DNA of 64,000 nucleotides, from the NCBI GenBank assembly GCA_016234935.1, contig JACRNL010000001.1, forward strand, positions 200,679 to 264,678. Direction: 5' to 3'. Every line of letters starts with the position of its first letter. Position 1 is the stretch's first letter. Positions 20,104-33,426 of this stretch are shown here, in pieces. Under the pieces are notes generated by a model, which saw only the letters and a program-made list of their open reading frames with translations, had not been told where the DNA came from and made no database searches. The stretch is from Deltaproteobacteria bacterium (GTDB taxonomy: Bacteria > Desulfobacterota > GWC2-55-46). The position numbers and the translations under genes are program-made.

Positions 20104-20157
20104 CATGTCCCCGCAGGCCTGCCCTCGCGTGTCTAAAGCGGGGGCTTTAAGCGGGGA
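20104..20157 (+). repeat. Nested 27+27-bp unit identical to 19437-19490
   Basis: CATGTCCCCGCAGG[CCTGCCCTCGCGTGTCTAAAGCGGGGG]CTTTAAGCGGGGA. Confidence 0.9.
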
Positions 20158-20207
20158 TGCGTATGACGTATTTTTAAAAAACCATCATGTTCCTCGAAGG
20201 CAGCCGC

Positions 20208-21443
20208 CTAAAACTTCAGCTCCAGCGCCTTAAGCCGCTTTTTCATCTCCTCTATGACGCGGAACTCGTCTTCCTTGTCCTTTGCCATGAAAGTGGCGGA
20301 AAAGCGCAGATAACCGCCCACGTCGTCCCACGGCACGGTGGATATGTGCGCCTCTTTGATCAGGTACTCGGATACGTCCTCGGCTGACGCGAATGCGACC
20401 GTCTTTTTCGCCGAGACAGGGGCCTTTACGTAAAGGTAGAACGAACCTTTCGGCACGGCCGCTTCAAAGCCGCAGCCGTTGAGCGCCTCGACCATCAGGC
20501 CGAGCCTTCTTTTGTACTTGGCCGCTATCTTCTCGGTTATCTCGGAATGGTTAAGGGCGTATACGCCCGCCTTCTGAATGGCTATGAACTGGCCGGAGTC
20601 GTAGTTGTCCTTCACGTTGGCGAAAGCGCTTATGACCTTTTCATTGCCAACGAGGAACGCCAGCCTCCAGCCTGTCATGTTAAAGGCCTTTGAGAACGAG
20701 TGTATCTCTATGCCGACGTCCTTGGCGCCCTCTACCGACAGAAAGCTCAAGGGTTTGGCGTCGAACGACAGGGCCGCGTAAGCCGCGTCATGCACGACGA
20801 TGATGCGGTTCCTGCGGGCGAACTCGACGACCTTTTTGAAGAATTCGGGCGTGGCTGCCGCGCCGGTGGGATTATTCGGATAATTAATATACATCAGCTT
20901 CACCCCCTTGAGCTCGCGCGGGGTAAGCGCGTCTAAGTCCGGCAGAAAGCCGTTTTCCTCCTTGAGCGGCAGATTTATAACGCGTCCGCCGTTCCACTCC
21001 GTGTGGGTAGCCATCACAGGGTAGCCGGGGATGGTCATGAGCATGGCGTCTCCGGCGTTTATGAACGCGTCCGGGAGCATGGCAAGGGCAGGCTTGGAGC
21101 CGATGGAGTGGATTACCTCCTTTACCGGGTCAATGCCCGTTACGCCGTAGATCCGCTCCATATACTGCGCCGCCGCCTCTTTCAACTCCGCTATACCGTT
21201 GTCGGCATAGCCCCTGTTCTCCGGCTTGGCGCACTCATGCTTTAGCGCCTCCACGACGATTGAGAATGCCATCTCATCCGGCTCTCCGACGCCGAAGTCA
21301 AGAAGTTCCGCGGACGGGTTGGCCTTTCTCGCCTCGGCCTTGGCCCTCTTTATCTTCTCAAACTTGTAGAGCCGCGTGGACTTGCCGAAGTTCGCCCCGC
21401 CTATCCTCTCGGCAAAAAGCCCCTGTATGAAATCCTCTGACAT
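20208..21443 (-). CDS. dapL: LL-diaminopimelate aminotransferase
   Basis: FAERIGG, GSKPALA, NYPNNPTGA, HDAAY, SFSKAFNMTGWR. Confidence 0.88.
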   Translation of the reverse strand: MSEDFIQGLFAERIGGANFGKSTRLYKFEKIKRAKAEARKANPSAELLDFGVGEPDEMAFSIVVEALKHECAKPENRGYADNGIAELKEAAAQYMERIYGVTGIDPVKEVIHSIGSKPALAMLPDAFINAGDAMLMTIPGYPVMATHTEWNGGRVINLPLKEENGFLPDLDALTPRELKGVKLMYINYPNNPTGAAATPEFFKKVVEFARRNRIIVVHDAAYAALSFDAKPLSFLSVEGAKDVGIEIHSFSKAFNMTGWRLAFLVGNEKVISAFANVKDNYDSGQFIAIQKAGVYALNHSEITEKIAAKYKRRLGLMVEALNGCGFEAAVPKGSFYLYVKAPVSAKKTVAFASAEDVSEYLIKEAHISTVPWDDVGGYLRFSATFMAKDKEDEFRVIEEMKKRLKALELKF

Positions 21444-21534
21444 TCGAACTGCCTCCTTGCATTGTTTCAGAACTGCTACAGAAAAATAACCTTAATTCAA
21501 AACTTTTTCAACTCATTTGTCGCTCCATAACTTT

Positions 21535-22311
21535 TTACCTCGCCCTGACGGTGTTTATAAGGCTGCCTATGCCGTCTATGCGCACCTCGACGGTATTGCC
21601 CGGCTTCATCTTGCCGACGCCGGAAGGCGTGCCCGTTGCTATAACATCGCCCGGAAGGAGCGTCATCACATGAGAGACGAAGCTCAAAAGCTCATAGACG
21701 TTGAATATCATGTCGGCGGTAGATGTGTCCTGCCTCTTTTCATTGTTAAGATACGTTTCTATCCTGACGTCAAGCGGATTAATCCCTGTCTCTATCCACG
21801 GCCCCATTGGCGCGAATGTGTCAAACCCCTTGGCACGCGTGTACTGAATGTCCTTTCCCTGAAGGTCTCTCGCCGTTACGTCGTTGAAACAAGTATAGCC
21901 TAAAATATATTCAGCGGCCCTGTCCACAGGGACGTCCTTTGCCGTCTTGCCTATAATTATAGCAAGCTCGCCTTCGTAGTCCACTCTGTGCGACATATGC
22001 GAGGGGTAGATTATCTCGCTATCCGGGTTTAACACCGCTGTCGAAGGCTTTAAAAACAGCATCGGCTCTTCGGACAGCGGCTTACCAAACTCAGCCGCAT
22101 GCGCCCGGTAATTAAGGCCGATGGCGACTATCTTGGAAGGCGCAGAGGGAGCAAGCGCCCTGACAGAATCAAACGCGCGCGACTTGCCTGTTTTGTTTAT
22201 ACCCTTTATGCCGCCGGCCTCAAAAGGACTCTTGTCAATTTCATGGACATAGCCGTCTTCGATTATACCGAAGCAAACCCTTCCGTTATCTGAAAACCTG
22301 ATTATCCGCAC
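21535..22311 (-). CDS. Fumarylacetoacetate hydrolase family protein
   Basis: GLNY..H, DYEGEL, NDVTARD, KGFDTF, TGTP. Confidence 0.93.
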   Translation of the reverse strand: MRIIRFSDNGRVCFGIIEDGYVHEIDKSPFEAGGIKGINKTGKSRAFDSVRALAPSAPSKIVAIGLNYRAHAAEFGKPLSEEPMLFLKPSTAVLNPDSEIIYPSHMSHRVDYEGELAIIIGKTAKDVPVDRAAEYILGYTCFNDVTARDLQGKDIQYTRAKGFDTFAPMGPWIETGINPLDVRIETYLNNEKRQDTSTADMIFNVYELLSFVSHVMTLLPGDVIATGTPSGVGKMKPGNTVEVRIDGIGSLINTVRAR

Positions 22312-22385
22312 TTAAAGAAAAACCTCCGTAAATGCTTGTAACTCTACTGGTTAAAAGGGATTTTATGGGTGCTCCCACTTCATCT

Positions 22386-22433
22386 CCCCCTCTCCCTACC
22401 CTCTCCCGCAAGGGGAGAGGAGAAAAAAAGATT
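22386..22433. repeat. REP-like hairpin (no 18-bp insert)
   Basis: CCCCCTCTCCCTACCCTCTCCCGCAAGGGGAGAGGAGAAAAAA, an inverted relative of 5226-5273. Confidence 0.75.
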
Positions 22434-22471
22434 AGAAAACACCGCCATCTTTATAAAAGGCGGAAGAAAAA

Positions 22472-23680
<1,209 letters not shown>

Positions 23681-23701
23681 TATGCCGACTCCTGTGTTTA
23701 T

Positions 23702-24619
23702 TTATACAGCCGTTTCAACCAGCAGCCATTCGAGTATCGCCTTTTGCATGTGCAGGCGGTTTTCAGCCTCGTCCCAGACCACGGAACCGGGCCCTTCAAG
23801 CACCTCTTCGGTTATCTCCTCCTCCCTGTGCGCGGGGAGGCAGTGCATGACGATGGCGTCCTTTTCAGCGAGCGACAGAAGCCTTGAGTTTATCTGGTAT
23901 CCTTTGAACGCCCTGGCCCTTTTCGCCTGCTCCGCCTCCTGCCCCATCGAGGCCCATACGTCGGTGCTCAGCACGTCCGCGTCTTTCGCCGCTTCTTCAG
24001 GGCTTTTTACCGTCTGGATTTCAACCCCGGCCTTTGCCTTTGCCGCGCCGAGTATTTTCGCGCAAGGCTCGTAGCCTTCGGGGCAGGCGAGCCTCAGCTC
24101 AAAGCCAAGTATCATGGCCGCCTCTATCCACGAATTGGCCATGTTGTTGCCGTCGCCTATCCAGCAGACCTTTACGCCCTCGTAGCCGCCCTTTTTCTCG
24201 ACAATGGTCATTACGTCGGAGAGCACCTGACAGGGGTGGTGCAGGTCGGTCAGGGCATTTATTACCGGCACGGACGAATAGCGCGCGTATTCGTCTATTA
24301 TCTCCTGCCCGAATGTCCTTATGGCCATCGCGTCCACATAGCGCGCCAATACACGCGCCGTGTCCTTCACAGGCTCGCCGCGGCCTATCTGCGAATCCTT
24401 CGGGCCGAGAAAAACGGCATTTCCGCCAAGATGCAGCATGGCCATTTCAAACGACACGCGCGTGCGCGTGGATGCCTTCTCAAACACAAGCCCCAGCGCC
24501 TTACCCTTAAGCGGCTGATAGGGAATGCCCTTTTTATGCCTCTCCTTCAGGGTAATAGCCCTCTGGATAAGGCCATCTATCCTGGCCTTGTCTAAATCTG
24601 AAACTGCGAGCAGATTCAT
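23702..24619 (-). CDS. argF: Ornithine carbamoyltransferase
   Basis: STRTR, HPCQ, SMG, HCLP. Confidence 0.97.
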   Translation of the reverse strand: MNLLAVSDLDKARIDGLIQRAITLKERHKKGIPYQPLKGKALGLVFEKASTRTRVSFEMAMLHLGGNAVFLGPKDSQIGRGEPVKDTARVLARYVDAMAIRTFGQEIIDEYARYSSVPVINALTDLHHPCQVLSDVMTIVEKKGGYEGVKVCWIGDGNNMANSWIEAAMILGFELRLACPEGYEPCAKILGAAKAKAGVEIQTVKSPEEAAKDADVLSTDVWASMGQEAEQAKRARAFKGYQINSRLLSLAEKDAIVMHCLPAHREEEITEEVLEGPGSVVWDEAENRLHMQKAILEWLLVETAV

Positions 24620-24648
24620 TTAATTCATCTCCGGTAATTAAAACGCCC

Positions 24649-25851
24649 CTACTTCTTAACCTCATCCAGCGCAATCTTCAGCAACCCGATCATCTCATCC
24701 ACCTCCGCCTCAGTCACCGTAAGCGCAGGGATGAAGCGCATTGTGCTCTCCGTGCAGTTCAGCAGGAGTCCTTTGGCGAGGCACGCCTTCACTATGTCCG
24801 CGCCTTTAATGCTTGCGTCAAGCTCCATGCCGATGATAAGACCCTTTCCGCGAACCTCTTTTATGAAGGTATAATCCTTTTTCAGCCCTTCGAGTTGCTT
24901 GAAAAGATACCCGCCCACCTTCGCGCAGTTGTCGAGAATGCCGTCTTCAAGGACGGTCTTTACGGCGGCGATGCCTGCGGCCGTGGCAAGGGGGTTTCCG
25001 CCGAATGTCGAGGCGTGAGTGCCCGGAGTGAAGGCGGCGGCCACTTCGCCGGTAGCCAGCATTGCGCCGATGGCCACCCCTCCGGCAAGCCCCTTGGCAA
25101 GTGTCATGATGTCCGGGGTAATGCCGTAATGTTCATGCGCAAAGAGCTTGCCGGTTCTGCCCATGCCTACCTGCACCTCGTCAAGTATCAGCAGTATGCC
25201 GGCTTTTTTGCAGAGCTCTTTGAGTTTTATGAAATAATCAGGGGACGGCACGTTCACGCCGCCCTCGCCCTGTATCGGCTCCACCATAACGGCCGCGGTC
25301 GCGTTATTTATCGCCTTTTCAACGGCCCCGACGTCGTTAAACGGCACATAGGTGAACTTCTCAAGGAGCGGCTCAAAACCTATCTGGAACTTCTTCTGCC
25401 CCGTGGCGGCAAGCGCGGCCAGGGTCCTTCCGTGAAAGGACTTTTCCATGGAGATTATCTGGTATCTGCCCTGGTTTCTGATGCTGAAGTGCTTGCGCGC
25501 GAGCTTAATAGCCGCCTCGTTGGCCTCCGCGCCGGAGTTGCAAAAAAACGCCTTATCCGCGAAAGAATTATCCGTCAGCAGTTTTGCAAGCTCGCTCTGC
25601 GTCTGAATATGATAGAGATTCGATACGTGGATGAGCGTTTCCGCCTGCGCCTGAATCGCCTTTACCACCTTCGGGTGGCAGTGGCCGAGGTTGCAGACGG
25701 CAAGCCCTGATACGAAGTCCAGATACTCCCTGCCGTCAGCATCCCAGACGCGTCTGCCGCTGCCCTTTACAATCGCCACAGGAAAACGGTTATACGTGTT
25801 CATCACGCAGAGCGATGTAAGTTCCGCTATCTCGCTATTCGTCAAAGTCAA
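24649..25851 (-). CDS. argD: Acetylornithine aminotransferase
   Basis: NSGAEANE, FHGRT, EPIQGEGG, DEVQ, AKGLAGG. Confidence 0.95.
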   Translation of the reverse strand: MTLTNSEIAELTSLCVMNTYNRFPVAIVKGSGRRVWDADGREYLDFVSGLAVCNLGHCHPKVVKAIQAQAETLIHVSNLYHIQTQSELAKLLTDNSFADKAFFCNSGAEANEAAIKLARKHFSIRNQGRYQIISMEKSFHGRTLAALAATGQKKFQIGFEPLLEKFTYVPFNDVGAVEKAINNATAAVMVEPIQGEGGVNVPSPDYFIKLKELCKKAGILLILDEVQVGMGRTGKLFAHEHYGITPDIMTLAKGLAGGVAIGAMLATGEVAAAFTPGTHASTFGGNPLATAAGIAAVKTVLEDGILDNCAKVGGYLFKQLEGLKKDYTFIKEVRGKGLIIGMELDASIKGADIVKACLAKGLLLNCTESTMRFIPALTVTEAEVDEMIGLLKIALDEVKK

Positions 25852-25861
25852 CTCCTCCCTG

Positions 25862-26900
<1,039 letters not shown>

Positions 26901-26930
26901 GGAGATTAAAAATACCGTGATGCATTGCAG

Positions 26931-27005
26931 CGGGTCTGCCCCCTGAGGGGGTTCAACCCCCGGCGCTGATGCAAGCGTCACGGCCTTAGCAGGGCGTCAC
27001 ACCCT
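26931..27005. repeat. Type A unit(s) and the first type B unit
   Basis: CCCCCTGAGGGGGTTCAACCCC (26939-26960); AGGGCGTCACACCCT (26991-27005). Confidence 0.8.
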
Positions 27006-27011
27006 TCTGGT

Positions 27012-28382
27012 TTACAGTATATACCTTGAAAGGTCTTCGTTCTTCAAGACCTCCTGAAGCCTGCTCCGCACATACTCCCTGTCAATCACGACATCCTTGT
27101 CGGCAATGTCAGGGGCGTTGAAGGATATCTCGTCAAAGACCCTTTCAAGCACGGTGTGAAGCCTTCTGGCGCCGATGTTCTCCATGCGGTCATTGACCAG
27201 CGCGGCCACGGAGGCTATCTCCATCGCCGCGTCGTCCGCGTAGTTTATTGAAATCTTCTCCGTCTCAAGAAGCGCCTTATACTGCTTAAGGAGCGCGTTC
27301 TCCGGCTCCGTGAGTATCCTGACAAAATCCGCCTCGCCAAGGGATGTAAGCTCCACCCTTATCGGGAACCTGCCCTGGAATTCCGGTATCAGGTCTGAAG
27401 GCTTTGCCACGTGGAACGCGCCTGAGGCGATAAAAAGGATGTGGTCGGTCTTCACCATGCCGTACTTCGTATTCACGGTGGAGCCTTCTACTATCGGCAG
27501 CAGGTCCCTCTGCACGCCTTCCCTTGATACGTCCGGCGTAGAGCCTGTCTGGCGTCCGGCTATCTTGTCTATCTCGTCAATAAAAACTATGCCGGAGAGC
27601 TCCACGCGCTCTATGGCGGTCTTCACGACCTTTTCCATGTCGATCAGCTTCTGCGCCTCCTCCTGCGTCAGGAGCTCAAGTGCCTCCCGCGGCTTCACCC
27701 TTTTTCTGCGCGTCTTTTTTGGAAAGAGGTTTGAAAACATGTCCTTGATGCCCGAGTCCACGTCATCCATGCCCGTAGCGGAAAGTATCTCCATGCCGGG
27801 GGGCCTGCTCTCGGTGATCTCTATCTCAACCGTCCTGTCGTCGAGCTTGCCCTCGCGGAGCTGCGCGCGCAGTTTTTCGCGCGTGGCCTTCTGGAGATCC
27901 CTCTCCTTTAAAAGCCGCTCCTGGCCGGATGCCTGAGAATCAGACGCCTGATAAGACGCGGCCGTCACAGGCGGCAGGAGATAATCAAGGAGCCGCTCCT
28001 CGGCCGCGTCTTTGGCCTTCACGAGCACGCCTGCCTTTTCCTCGTCCTTGACCATCTTCACGCCAAGCTCCGTAAGGTCGCGGATGATGCCTTCAACGTC
28101 GCGCCCGACATAGCCGACCTCGGTGAATTTGCTGGCCTCGACCTTAATGAACGGCGCCTCGGCGAGCTTTGCAAGACGCCTTGAAATCTCGGTCTTGCCC
28201 ACGCCGGTGGGGCCTATCATGATGATGTTCTTCGGATATATCTCATCGCGCAGCCCCCCCTTCACCTGCTGGCGCCGCCAGCGGTTACGCAGCGCAATGG
28301 CCACTGCTCTTTTCGCCTCGGCCTGGCCTATGATGTACTTGTCAAGCTCTGAGACTATTTCTCTCGGAGTAAAATTTTTCAT
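27012..28382 (-). CDS. hslU: ATP-dependent protease ATPase subunit
   Basis: [35 protein letters not shown]. Confidence 0.98.
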   Translation of the reverse strand: MKNFTPREIVSELDKYIIGQAEAKRAVAIALRNRWRRQQVKGGLRDEIYPKNIIMIGPTGVGKTEISRRLAKLAEAPFIKVEASKFTEVGYVGRDVEGIIRDLTELGVKMVKDEEKAGVLVKAKDAAEERLLDYLLPPVTAASYQASDSQASGQERLLKERDLQKATREKLRAQLREGKLDDRTVEIEITESRPPGMEILSATGMDDVDSGIKDMFSNLFPKKTRRKRVKPREALELLTQEEAQKLIDMEKVVKTAIERVELSGIVFIDEIDKIAGRQTGSTPDVSREGVQRDLLPIVEGSTVNTKYGMVKTDHILFIASGAFHVAKPSDLIPEFQGRFPIRVELTSLGEADFVRILTEPENALLKQYKALLETEKISINYADDAAMEIASVAALVNDRMENIGARRLHTVLERVFDEISFNAPDIADKDVVIDREYVRSRLQEVLKNEDLSRYIL

Positions 28383-28452
28383 GGTTTTCAACCTGCAAGC
28401 CCGTAGTTATTCATTAAATCCTTATGACGCAAGACATTAGCCCCCGCGCCCC

Positions 28453-28992
28453 TTACGCCAGCTCCTCAACCGTTATCTTGTCGTTCGTGTAGATGCATAT
28501 CTCGGCGGCGGTCTTTATGGCCTCCTCGGCTATTGCCCTTGCTTCAAGGCCGGTGTGCTTTAAAAGCATCTTGGCCGCGCTGAGGGCGTATGGCCCGCCG
28601 GAGCCTATGGACGCTATGCCGTCCTCCGGCTCTATCACGTCGCCGCTGCCGGAGATTACAAACATGTGCTCCCTGTCGGCCACTATCAAAAGGGCCTCAA
28701 GCCGCCTCAGTATCTTATCCGTTCTCCAGTCCTTCGCAAGCTCAACCGCCGCCCTCGTTATATTGCCCCTGTAATGCTCAAGCTTGGCCTCGAACTTGTC
28801 AAAGAGCGTCATGGCGTCCGCGGTGGAGCCGGCAAACCCGGCAAGCACGGACGAATCCCGCATGCGCCTGACCTTTACCGCGCCCTTTTTCATGATGGTC
28901 GCGCCGAGCGTAATCTGCCCGTCGCCGGCTATCGCGACCTTGCCATTTCTGCTGACGGCTATGACCGTTGTTCCGTGGAATTCTATGGGCAA
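28453..28992 (-). CDS. hslV: ATP-dependent protease peptidase subunit
   Basis: [20 protein letters not shown]. Confidence 0.98.
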   Translation of the reverse strand: MPIEFHGTTVIAVSRNGKVAIAGDGQITLGATIMKKGAVKVRRMRDSSVLAGFAGSTADAMTLFDKFEAKLEHYRGNITRAAVELAKDWRTDKILRRLEALLIVADREHMFVISGSGDVIEPEDGIASIGSGGPYALSAAKMLLKHTGLEARAIAEEAIKTAAEICIYTNDKITVEELA

Positions 28993-29019
28993 TGATGCCT
29001 CCTGCAGCCTGTAACGGCG

Positions 29020-30039
29020 TTATTTCTTTATCCGCGCCTTCGGGTGCGACCTGTCGTATGTTTCCATCAGCGTATCGAGGCTGACCCTGGCGTAACGAGC
29101 GGTGGTGGAGAGCCGCGAATGGCCTAACATCTCCTGAATCGTCCGTAAGTCCACGCCGGCGTCTAAAAGGTGCGTAGCGAATGTGTGCCTGAGGGAATGC
29201 GGCGTCGGCGTCTTGTTTATGCCGCTCTTTCCGGCATACTTCCTCGTGAGCCTTTGCACCATGCGCGGGTAGATGCGTTTACCGCTTTCGAGGGTGTGAC
29301 ACCCTGCGACCGTAAAGAACGGCGTGTCCGGGCCGTATGCCCCCCGGAACTTCAGATACTCCTTTACCGAACGGGCCGCGTGCTCTCCAAGAAAGGCTAT
29401 GCGCTCCTTGCCGCCCTTGCCCAAAACCTTTATCGTGCCGGCGCCGAGGTCAACGTCCTTCATGTCAAGCCCAACAAGCTCGCTGACCCTTATTCCGGAT
29501 GAATAGAGCACCTCAAGGATGGCCAGATCGCGCATTATCGAAAGGGTGTGACTCCCCGCGAGGGATTGCCTCCCCGCAAGGGTCTGAGACCCTGCAAGGG
29601 TATTGTCCTTCTTATTCGCATCCTCTGACGGCCTTCGCGGGGCCTCTATCAAAAAGGCCGCCTCCTCAACGGTCAAGACCGTCGGCAGGAAGGCCTCGAC
29701 CTTGGGCGACGGTACGAACTCGGCCGGATTCGCCTTGAGCGCGCCCTTTTTAACCAAAAACCTGAAAAACGACCTTATAGCGGACAGCTTCCTTGCAACA
29801 GATACCTTCCGGCACCTATCATGGACAGAATAGGCAAAGGCCCTTACAGCGTCTTCGTCAATCAGCGCAGCGTCAACGCCCTTGCAGGGTGTCACACCCT
29901 GTGCGCCCGCGGCAAACCCGGTCTCTTTCAAAAAGAGTTCAAACTGCCTCAGATCCCGCTCATAATTAAGCCGCGTATGAACGGAGGCGTTCCTTTCAAC
30001 CTCAAGATACGTCAAAAAATCCGCTATCAGCTCCAGCAT
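29020..30039 (-). CDS. xerC: Tyrosine recombinase XerC with three type B repeat loci
   Basis: GIRVSEL, GKGGKER, HSLRHTFATH, LGH, TTARY; upstream of hslVU. Confidence 0.9.
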   Translation of the reverse strand: MLELIADFLTYLEVERNASVHTRLNYERDLRQFELFLKETGFAAGAQGVTPCKGVDAALIDEDAVRAFAYSVHDRCRKVSVARKLSAIRSFFRFLVKKGALKANPAEFVPSPKVEAFLPTVLTVEEAAFLIEAPRRPSEDANKKDNTLAGSQTLAGRQSLAGSHTLSIMRDLAILEVLYSSGIRVSELVGLDMKDVDLGAGTIKVLGKGGKERIAFLGEHAARSVKEYLKFRGAYGPDTPFFTVAGCHTLESGKRIYPRMVQRLTRKYAGKSGINKTPTPHSLRHTFATHLLDAGVDLRTIQEMLGHSRLSTTARYARVSLDTLMETYDRSHPKARIKK

Positions 30040-30058
30040 ATTTTACCGGTTAAAAAAA

Positions 30059-30089
30059 GGGAGTGACTCCCTGCGAGGGTATGAAACCC
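30059..30089 (+). repeat. Two type B units upstream of xerC
   Basis: GGG AGTGACT CCC TGCGA GGG TATGAAA CCC. Confidence 0.8.
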
Positions 30090-30196
30090 TGCTGCTGATA
30101 ATCCGCTTTTACACGTGCCTTATAACATCAAAAGGTGAAACCTTCAACAGAAAACAGCGCGTTCGGAGCGGTATATAAGACTTCTCCATATGCCTT

Positions 30197-30868
30197 TTAA
30201 CGTATCAACTGCCCTATCCTCTTAAACCGTATCCAGTGATCGTCGTGATCCCACGACCAGTAGATGACAAATGCCCTGCCCTTTACGTCATAAAGGGGCA
30301 CGCTTCCCCAGTAACGGGAGTCAAAGCTCCTGTCGCGGTTATCGCCCATGACGAATATAGACCCCTGGGGCACGGTGTATGGGCCGAAGTTGTCCATCTT
30401 GTCAAAGCCCATGCCGGCGCCGTTCTTGAATACTGAATGCGAATCTTCAATCTGTTTGCCGTTAATGTAGATAACCCTGTGCCTTATCTCGACCGTATCG
30501 CCGGGAAGCCCTATCGCGCGCTTGATGTAGTCCTTGCTCCTGTCGCCTGGAAAGCGGAATACCACGACGTCCCCGCGCTCTACCTTGCCCCACGCGTTGT
30601 AGAGCTTCGTCTCAAGAAAAGGCACCCTGACGCCAAAGACCTCTATCATCGCGGGCGTTGGCACCTGCACGCCGTAAGCGAACTTGCTTACGATGAGATG
30701 GTCGCCGACAAGGAGCGTGTCCTCCATGGATCCCGACGGTATCTTGAAGGCCTGTATCACAAACGCCCTTATTATAAGCGCCAGCACGAGGGCAATTACA
30801 ATTGCCTCGACCGTCTCCCATATCTGTTTTTTCCTGCTTTTCTTTTCTTCGGCCTTTTCAGACGCCAT
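30197..30868 (-). CDS. lepB: Signal peptidase I
   Basis: IPSGSM, YIKR, GDNRD.S.DSR. Confidence 0.96.
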   Translation of the reverse strand: MASEKAEEKKSRKKQIWETVEAIVIALVLALIIRAFVIQAFKIPSGSMEDTLLVGDHLIVSKFAYGVQVPTPAMIEVFGVRVPFLETKLYNAWGKVERGDVVVFRFPGDRSKDYIKRAIGLPGDTVEIRHRVIYINGKQIEDSHSVFKNGAGMGFDKMDNFGPYTVPQGSIFVMGDNRDRSFDSRYWGSVPLYDVKGRAFVIYWSWDHDDHWIRFKRIGQLIR

Positions 30869-30969
30869 GCCTAACCTTCCTGATGCGGGAGACGCGCTCC
30901 CATCGCAGGGTGAAACACCCTTTTATTGTTTATCCGTCGCAGGGCGTCGCGCCCTTTTACCGGCTTCAT

Positions 30970-32766
30970 TCAATTCACCTTAAGCACCGCAAGGAACGCC
31001 TCCTGCGGCAGTTCCACGCGGCCCACCTGCTTCATCCTCTTCTTGCCTTCCTTCTGCTTTTCAAGGAGCTTTCTCTTTCTCGTTATGTCGCCGCCGTAGC
31101 ACTTGGCAGTGACGTTTTTCCTCAGCGCCTTTATCGTCTCCCTGGCGATTATCTTCGCGCCAATGGCAGCCTGGATGATGACCTCGAACATCTGTCTGGG
31201 GATTATCTCCTTCATCTTTTCAGCTAAAACCTTGCCCCTTGCGTACGCGCTCTCGGACGGAACTATCAACGAAAGCGCGTCAACCACCTCGCCGTTTATG
31301 AGGATGTCGAGCTTTATGAGCCTAGACACCCTGAAGTCGAGGTAATCGTAGTCCATCGAGGCATAGCCCTTTGTAAGGGTCTTGAGCTTATCGTAAAAAT
31401 CAAGGACGATTTCATTGAGCGGAAGTTCGTACTCAAGGAGCACCCTTGCCGGGGTCAGATACTTTATCTCGCGCTGTATGCCGCGCTTGTCCTCGCAGAG
31501 CTTTAGTATCGCGCCTAAATACTCCGACGGCATGTGGATAGAGGCAAGGATAAACGGCTCTTCCACCATGCTGACATTCTGAGGCGGAGGAAGTTTCGTA
31601 GGGTTGTCCACCATCAAGACCTCTCCGTCGGTCTTCGTTACCCTGTAAGCGACCGTCGGCGCGGTGGTAATGAGGGACAGGTCATACTCCCTTTCAAGCC
31701 TCTCCTGGATTATTTCCATATGGAACAGGCCGAGGAAGCCGCACCTGAAGCCGAAACCCAGGGCAAGCGACGTCTCAGGCTCAAAGGTAAATGACGAATC
31801 ATTCAGACGCAGCTTTACGACCGCGTCTTTCAAGTCCTCATACTGCGATGAGTCCACCGGGTAAAGCCCGCTGAAGACCATTGATTTGGAAGCCTTGTAA
31901 CCGGCAAGCGCCTCGGCGGCGGGGTTTGCGGCGTCAGTCAGCGTGTCGCCGACGCTCGTATCGCGCACCTCTTTTATTCCGGCTATCACGAAGCCGACCT
32001 CTCCGGGCCCAAGCTCGGCTGTCTCACGCGGATGAGGGGTGAACACGCCGACCTTGTCAACGTCAAAGGTCTTGCCCGTTGCCATGAACTTTATCCTGCT
32101 GCCCCTTTTTATTACTCCGTCAAAGACCCGTATCTGTATGATGACGCCCTGATAGTTGTCATACCAGCTGTCGAAGACAAGCGCCTTCAAGGGCTTGTTC
32201 CCGTCGCCCGCCGGCGGCGGTATCCTCTTTACTATGGCCTCAAGCGTCTCTTTTATGCCCTTGCCTTCCTTGGCGCTCGTCAGCACCGCGTCGGACGCGT
32301 CAAGGCTCAGAAGGTCTTCTATTTCGGCCTTTATGCGCTCCGGGTCCGCCTGCGGCAGGTCTATCTTATTAAGCACAGGCACTATCTCAAGCCCGACGTC
32401 CTGAGCCGTATACAGATGCGCGAGTGTCTGCGCCTCGACTCCTTGAGAAGCGTCGACTATCAAAAGCGCGCCCTCACAGGCGGACAAAGACCTGCTCACC
32501 TCGTAGCTGAAGTCCACGTGGCCGGGCGTGTCAATGAGGTTCAGCACATACATCTTGCCGTCGTCGGCCTTGTAATTGAGCCGCGCCGTCTGCGCCTTGA
32601 TGGTAATGCCCCTCTCCCTTTCGAGGTCCATCTTATCCATGAACTGATCGACCATCTCTCTCTTGGTCACGGTACCAGTGAATTCAAGGAGCCTGTCCGA
32701 GAGCGTGGACTTGCCGTGGTCAATGTGAGCGATAATCGAAAAGTTCCGTATCCTGTCTTTTTCCAT
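30970..32766 (-). CDS. lepA: Elongation factor 4
   Basis: [24 protein letters not shown]. Confidence 0.98.
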   Translation of the reverse strand: MEKDRIRNFSIIAHIDHGKSTLSDRLLEFTGTVTKREMVDQFMDKMDLERERGITIKAQTARLNYKADDGKMYVLNLIDTPGHVDFSYEVSRSLSACEGALLIVDASQGVEAQTLAHLYTAQDVGLEIVPVLNKIDLPQADPERIKAEIEDLLSLDASDAVLTSAKEGKGIKETLEAIVKRIPPPAGDGNKPLKALVFDSWYDNYQGVIIQIRVFDGVIKRGSRIKFMATGKTFDVDKVGVFTPHPRETAELGPGEVGFVIAGIKEVRDTSVGDTLTDAANPAAEALAGYKASKSMVFSGLYPVDSSQYEDLKDAVVKLRLNDSSFTFEPETSLALGFGFRCGFLGLFHMEIIQERLEREYDLSLITTAPTVAYRVTKTDGEVLMVDNPTKLPPPQNVSMVEEPFILASIHMPSEYLGAILKLCEDKRGIQREIKYLTPARVLLEYELPLNEIVLDFYDKLKTLTKGYASMDYDYLDFRVSRLIKLDILINGEVVDALSLIVPSESAYARGKVLAEKMKEIIPRQMFEVIIQAAIGAKIIARETIKALRKNVTAKCYGGDITRKRKLLEKQKEGKKRMKQVGRVELPQEAFLAVLKVN

Positions 32767-32889
32767 TTTTTCCTTTTAGCAGGGCTTTCGAGCAGCCCTT
32801 TAAAACCTTCGCAGGGTGTAACACCCTGCCTTCCCGGCGCCAGCCTCGCAAGGCGCATCCGCGCCTGACGATACGAACTGCAATTTATC

Positions 32890-32919
32890 ATTTTATGATA
32901 TAATGTCATGCTTTGTCAA
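32890..32919 (-). promoter_or_regulatory. Putative sigma-70 promoter of lepA
   Basis: Minus strand TTGACA-N18-TAAAAT. Confidence 0.55.
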
Positions 32920-33018
32920 AGCCTGTTTGCCTCCTGCCCTCGCCGTGTGCTTAAAGCGGGGGATAGAATAGCGGCTTGCCTGTGCGCTTACAAACCAATG
33001 CGCAGACGGCCCGGTTCA

Positions 33019-33072
33019 GGGCGCGACACACTGCGACGGTGTGACACCCTGCGAGGGTGCAGCGCCCTGCGA
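33019..33072 (+). repeat. Three tandem type B units
   Basis: GGG CGCGACA CAC TGCGA CGG TGTGACA CCC TGCGA GGG TGCAGCG CCC TGCGA. Confidence 0.85.
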
Positions 33073-33074
33073 GG

Positions 33075-33104
33075 TTGACATTACGGCGTTATTTTTGGTA
33101 TCTT
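33075..33104 (+). promoter_or_regulatory. Putative sigma-70 promoter
   Basis: TTGACA-N18-TATCTT with a TG extended -10. Confidence 0.55.
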
Positions 33105-33112
33105 ACTTAGTG

Positions 33113-33376
33113 ATGACATCGAACGATTTGGGACTATTAACGCTTCTTGTATGCGCCGCCTTTGTTTTAAACCTGCCGTTCGGTTACCTCAGGATAAAGA
33201 CAAAGAAGTTCTCGGTCATGTGGTTTCTCTACATCCACCTGCCCATCCCGTTTATCTTCATCCTGCGGAAAGCGGCGGGCTTTAGCTGGAAGGTCATACC
33301 GGTAATAGTCATAGGCGCGGTAATGGGCCAGTACCTGGGCGGAAAGCTCCGCAAAAAAATACCATCGCAATCTTAA
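33113..33376 (+). CDS. Small membrane protein (NLPFGY..R motif)
   Basis: Hydrophobic 87-aa ORF; the upstream extension in the ORF track is repeat-derived. Confidence 0.75.
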   Translation: MTSNDLGLLTLLVCAAFVLNLPFGYLRIKTKKFSVMWFLYIHLPIPFIFILRKAAGFSWKVIPVIVIGAVMGQYLGGKLRKKIPSQS

Positions 33377-33426
33377 CCTTCGCCATATCACCGGCTTGCA
33401 GGGCGTCACACCCATTCGGAGAGGCC

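Noticed and set aside
29020-30039. xerC as the integrase of a mobile island or the mobiliser of the type B repeats
   Set aside because: It is in the standard chromosomal position next to hslVU, with no att sites or cargo; co-location with the type B patch alone is not evidence.
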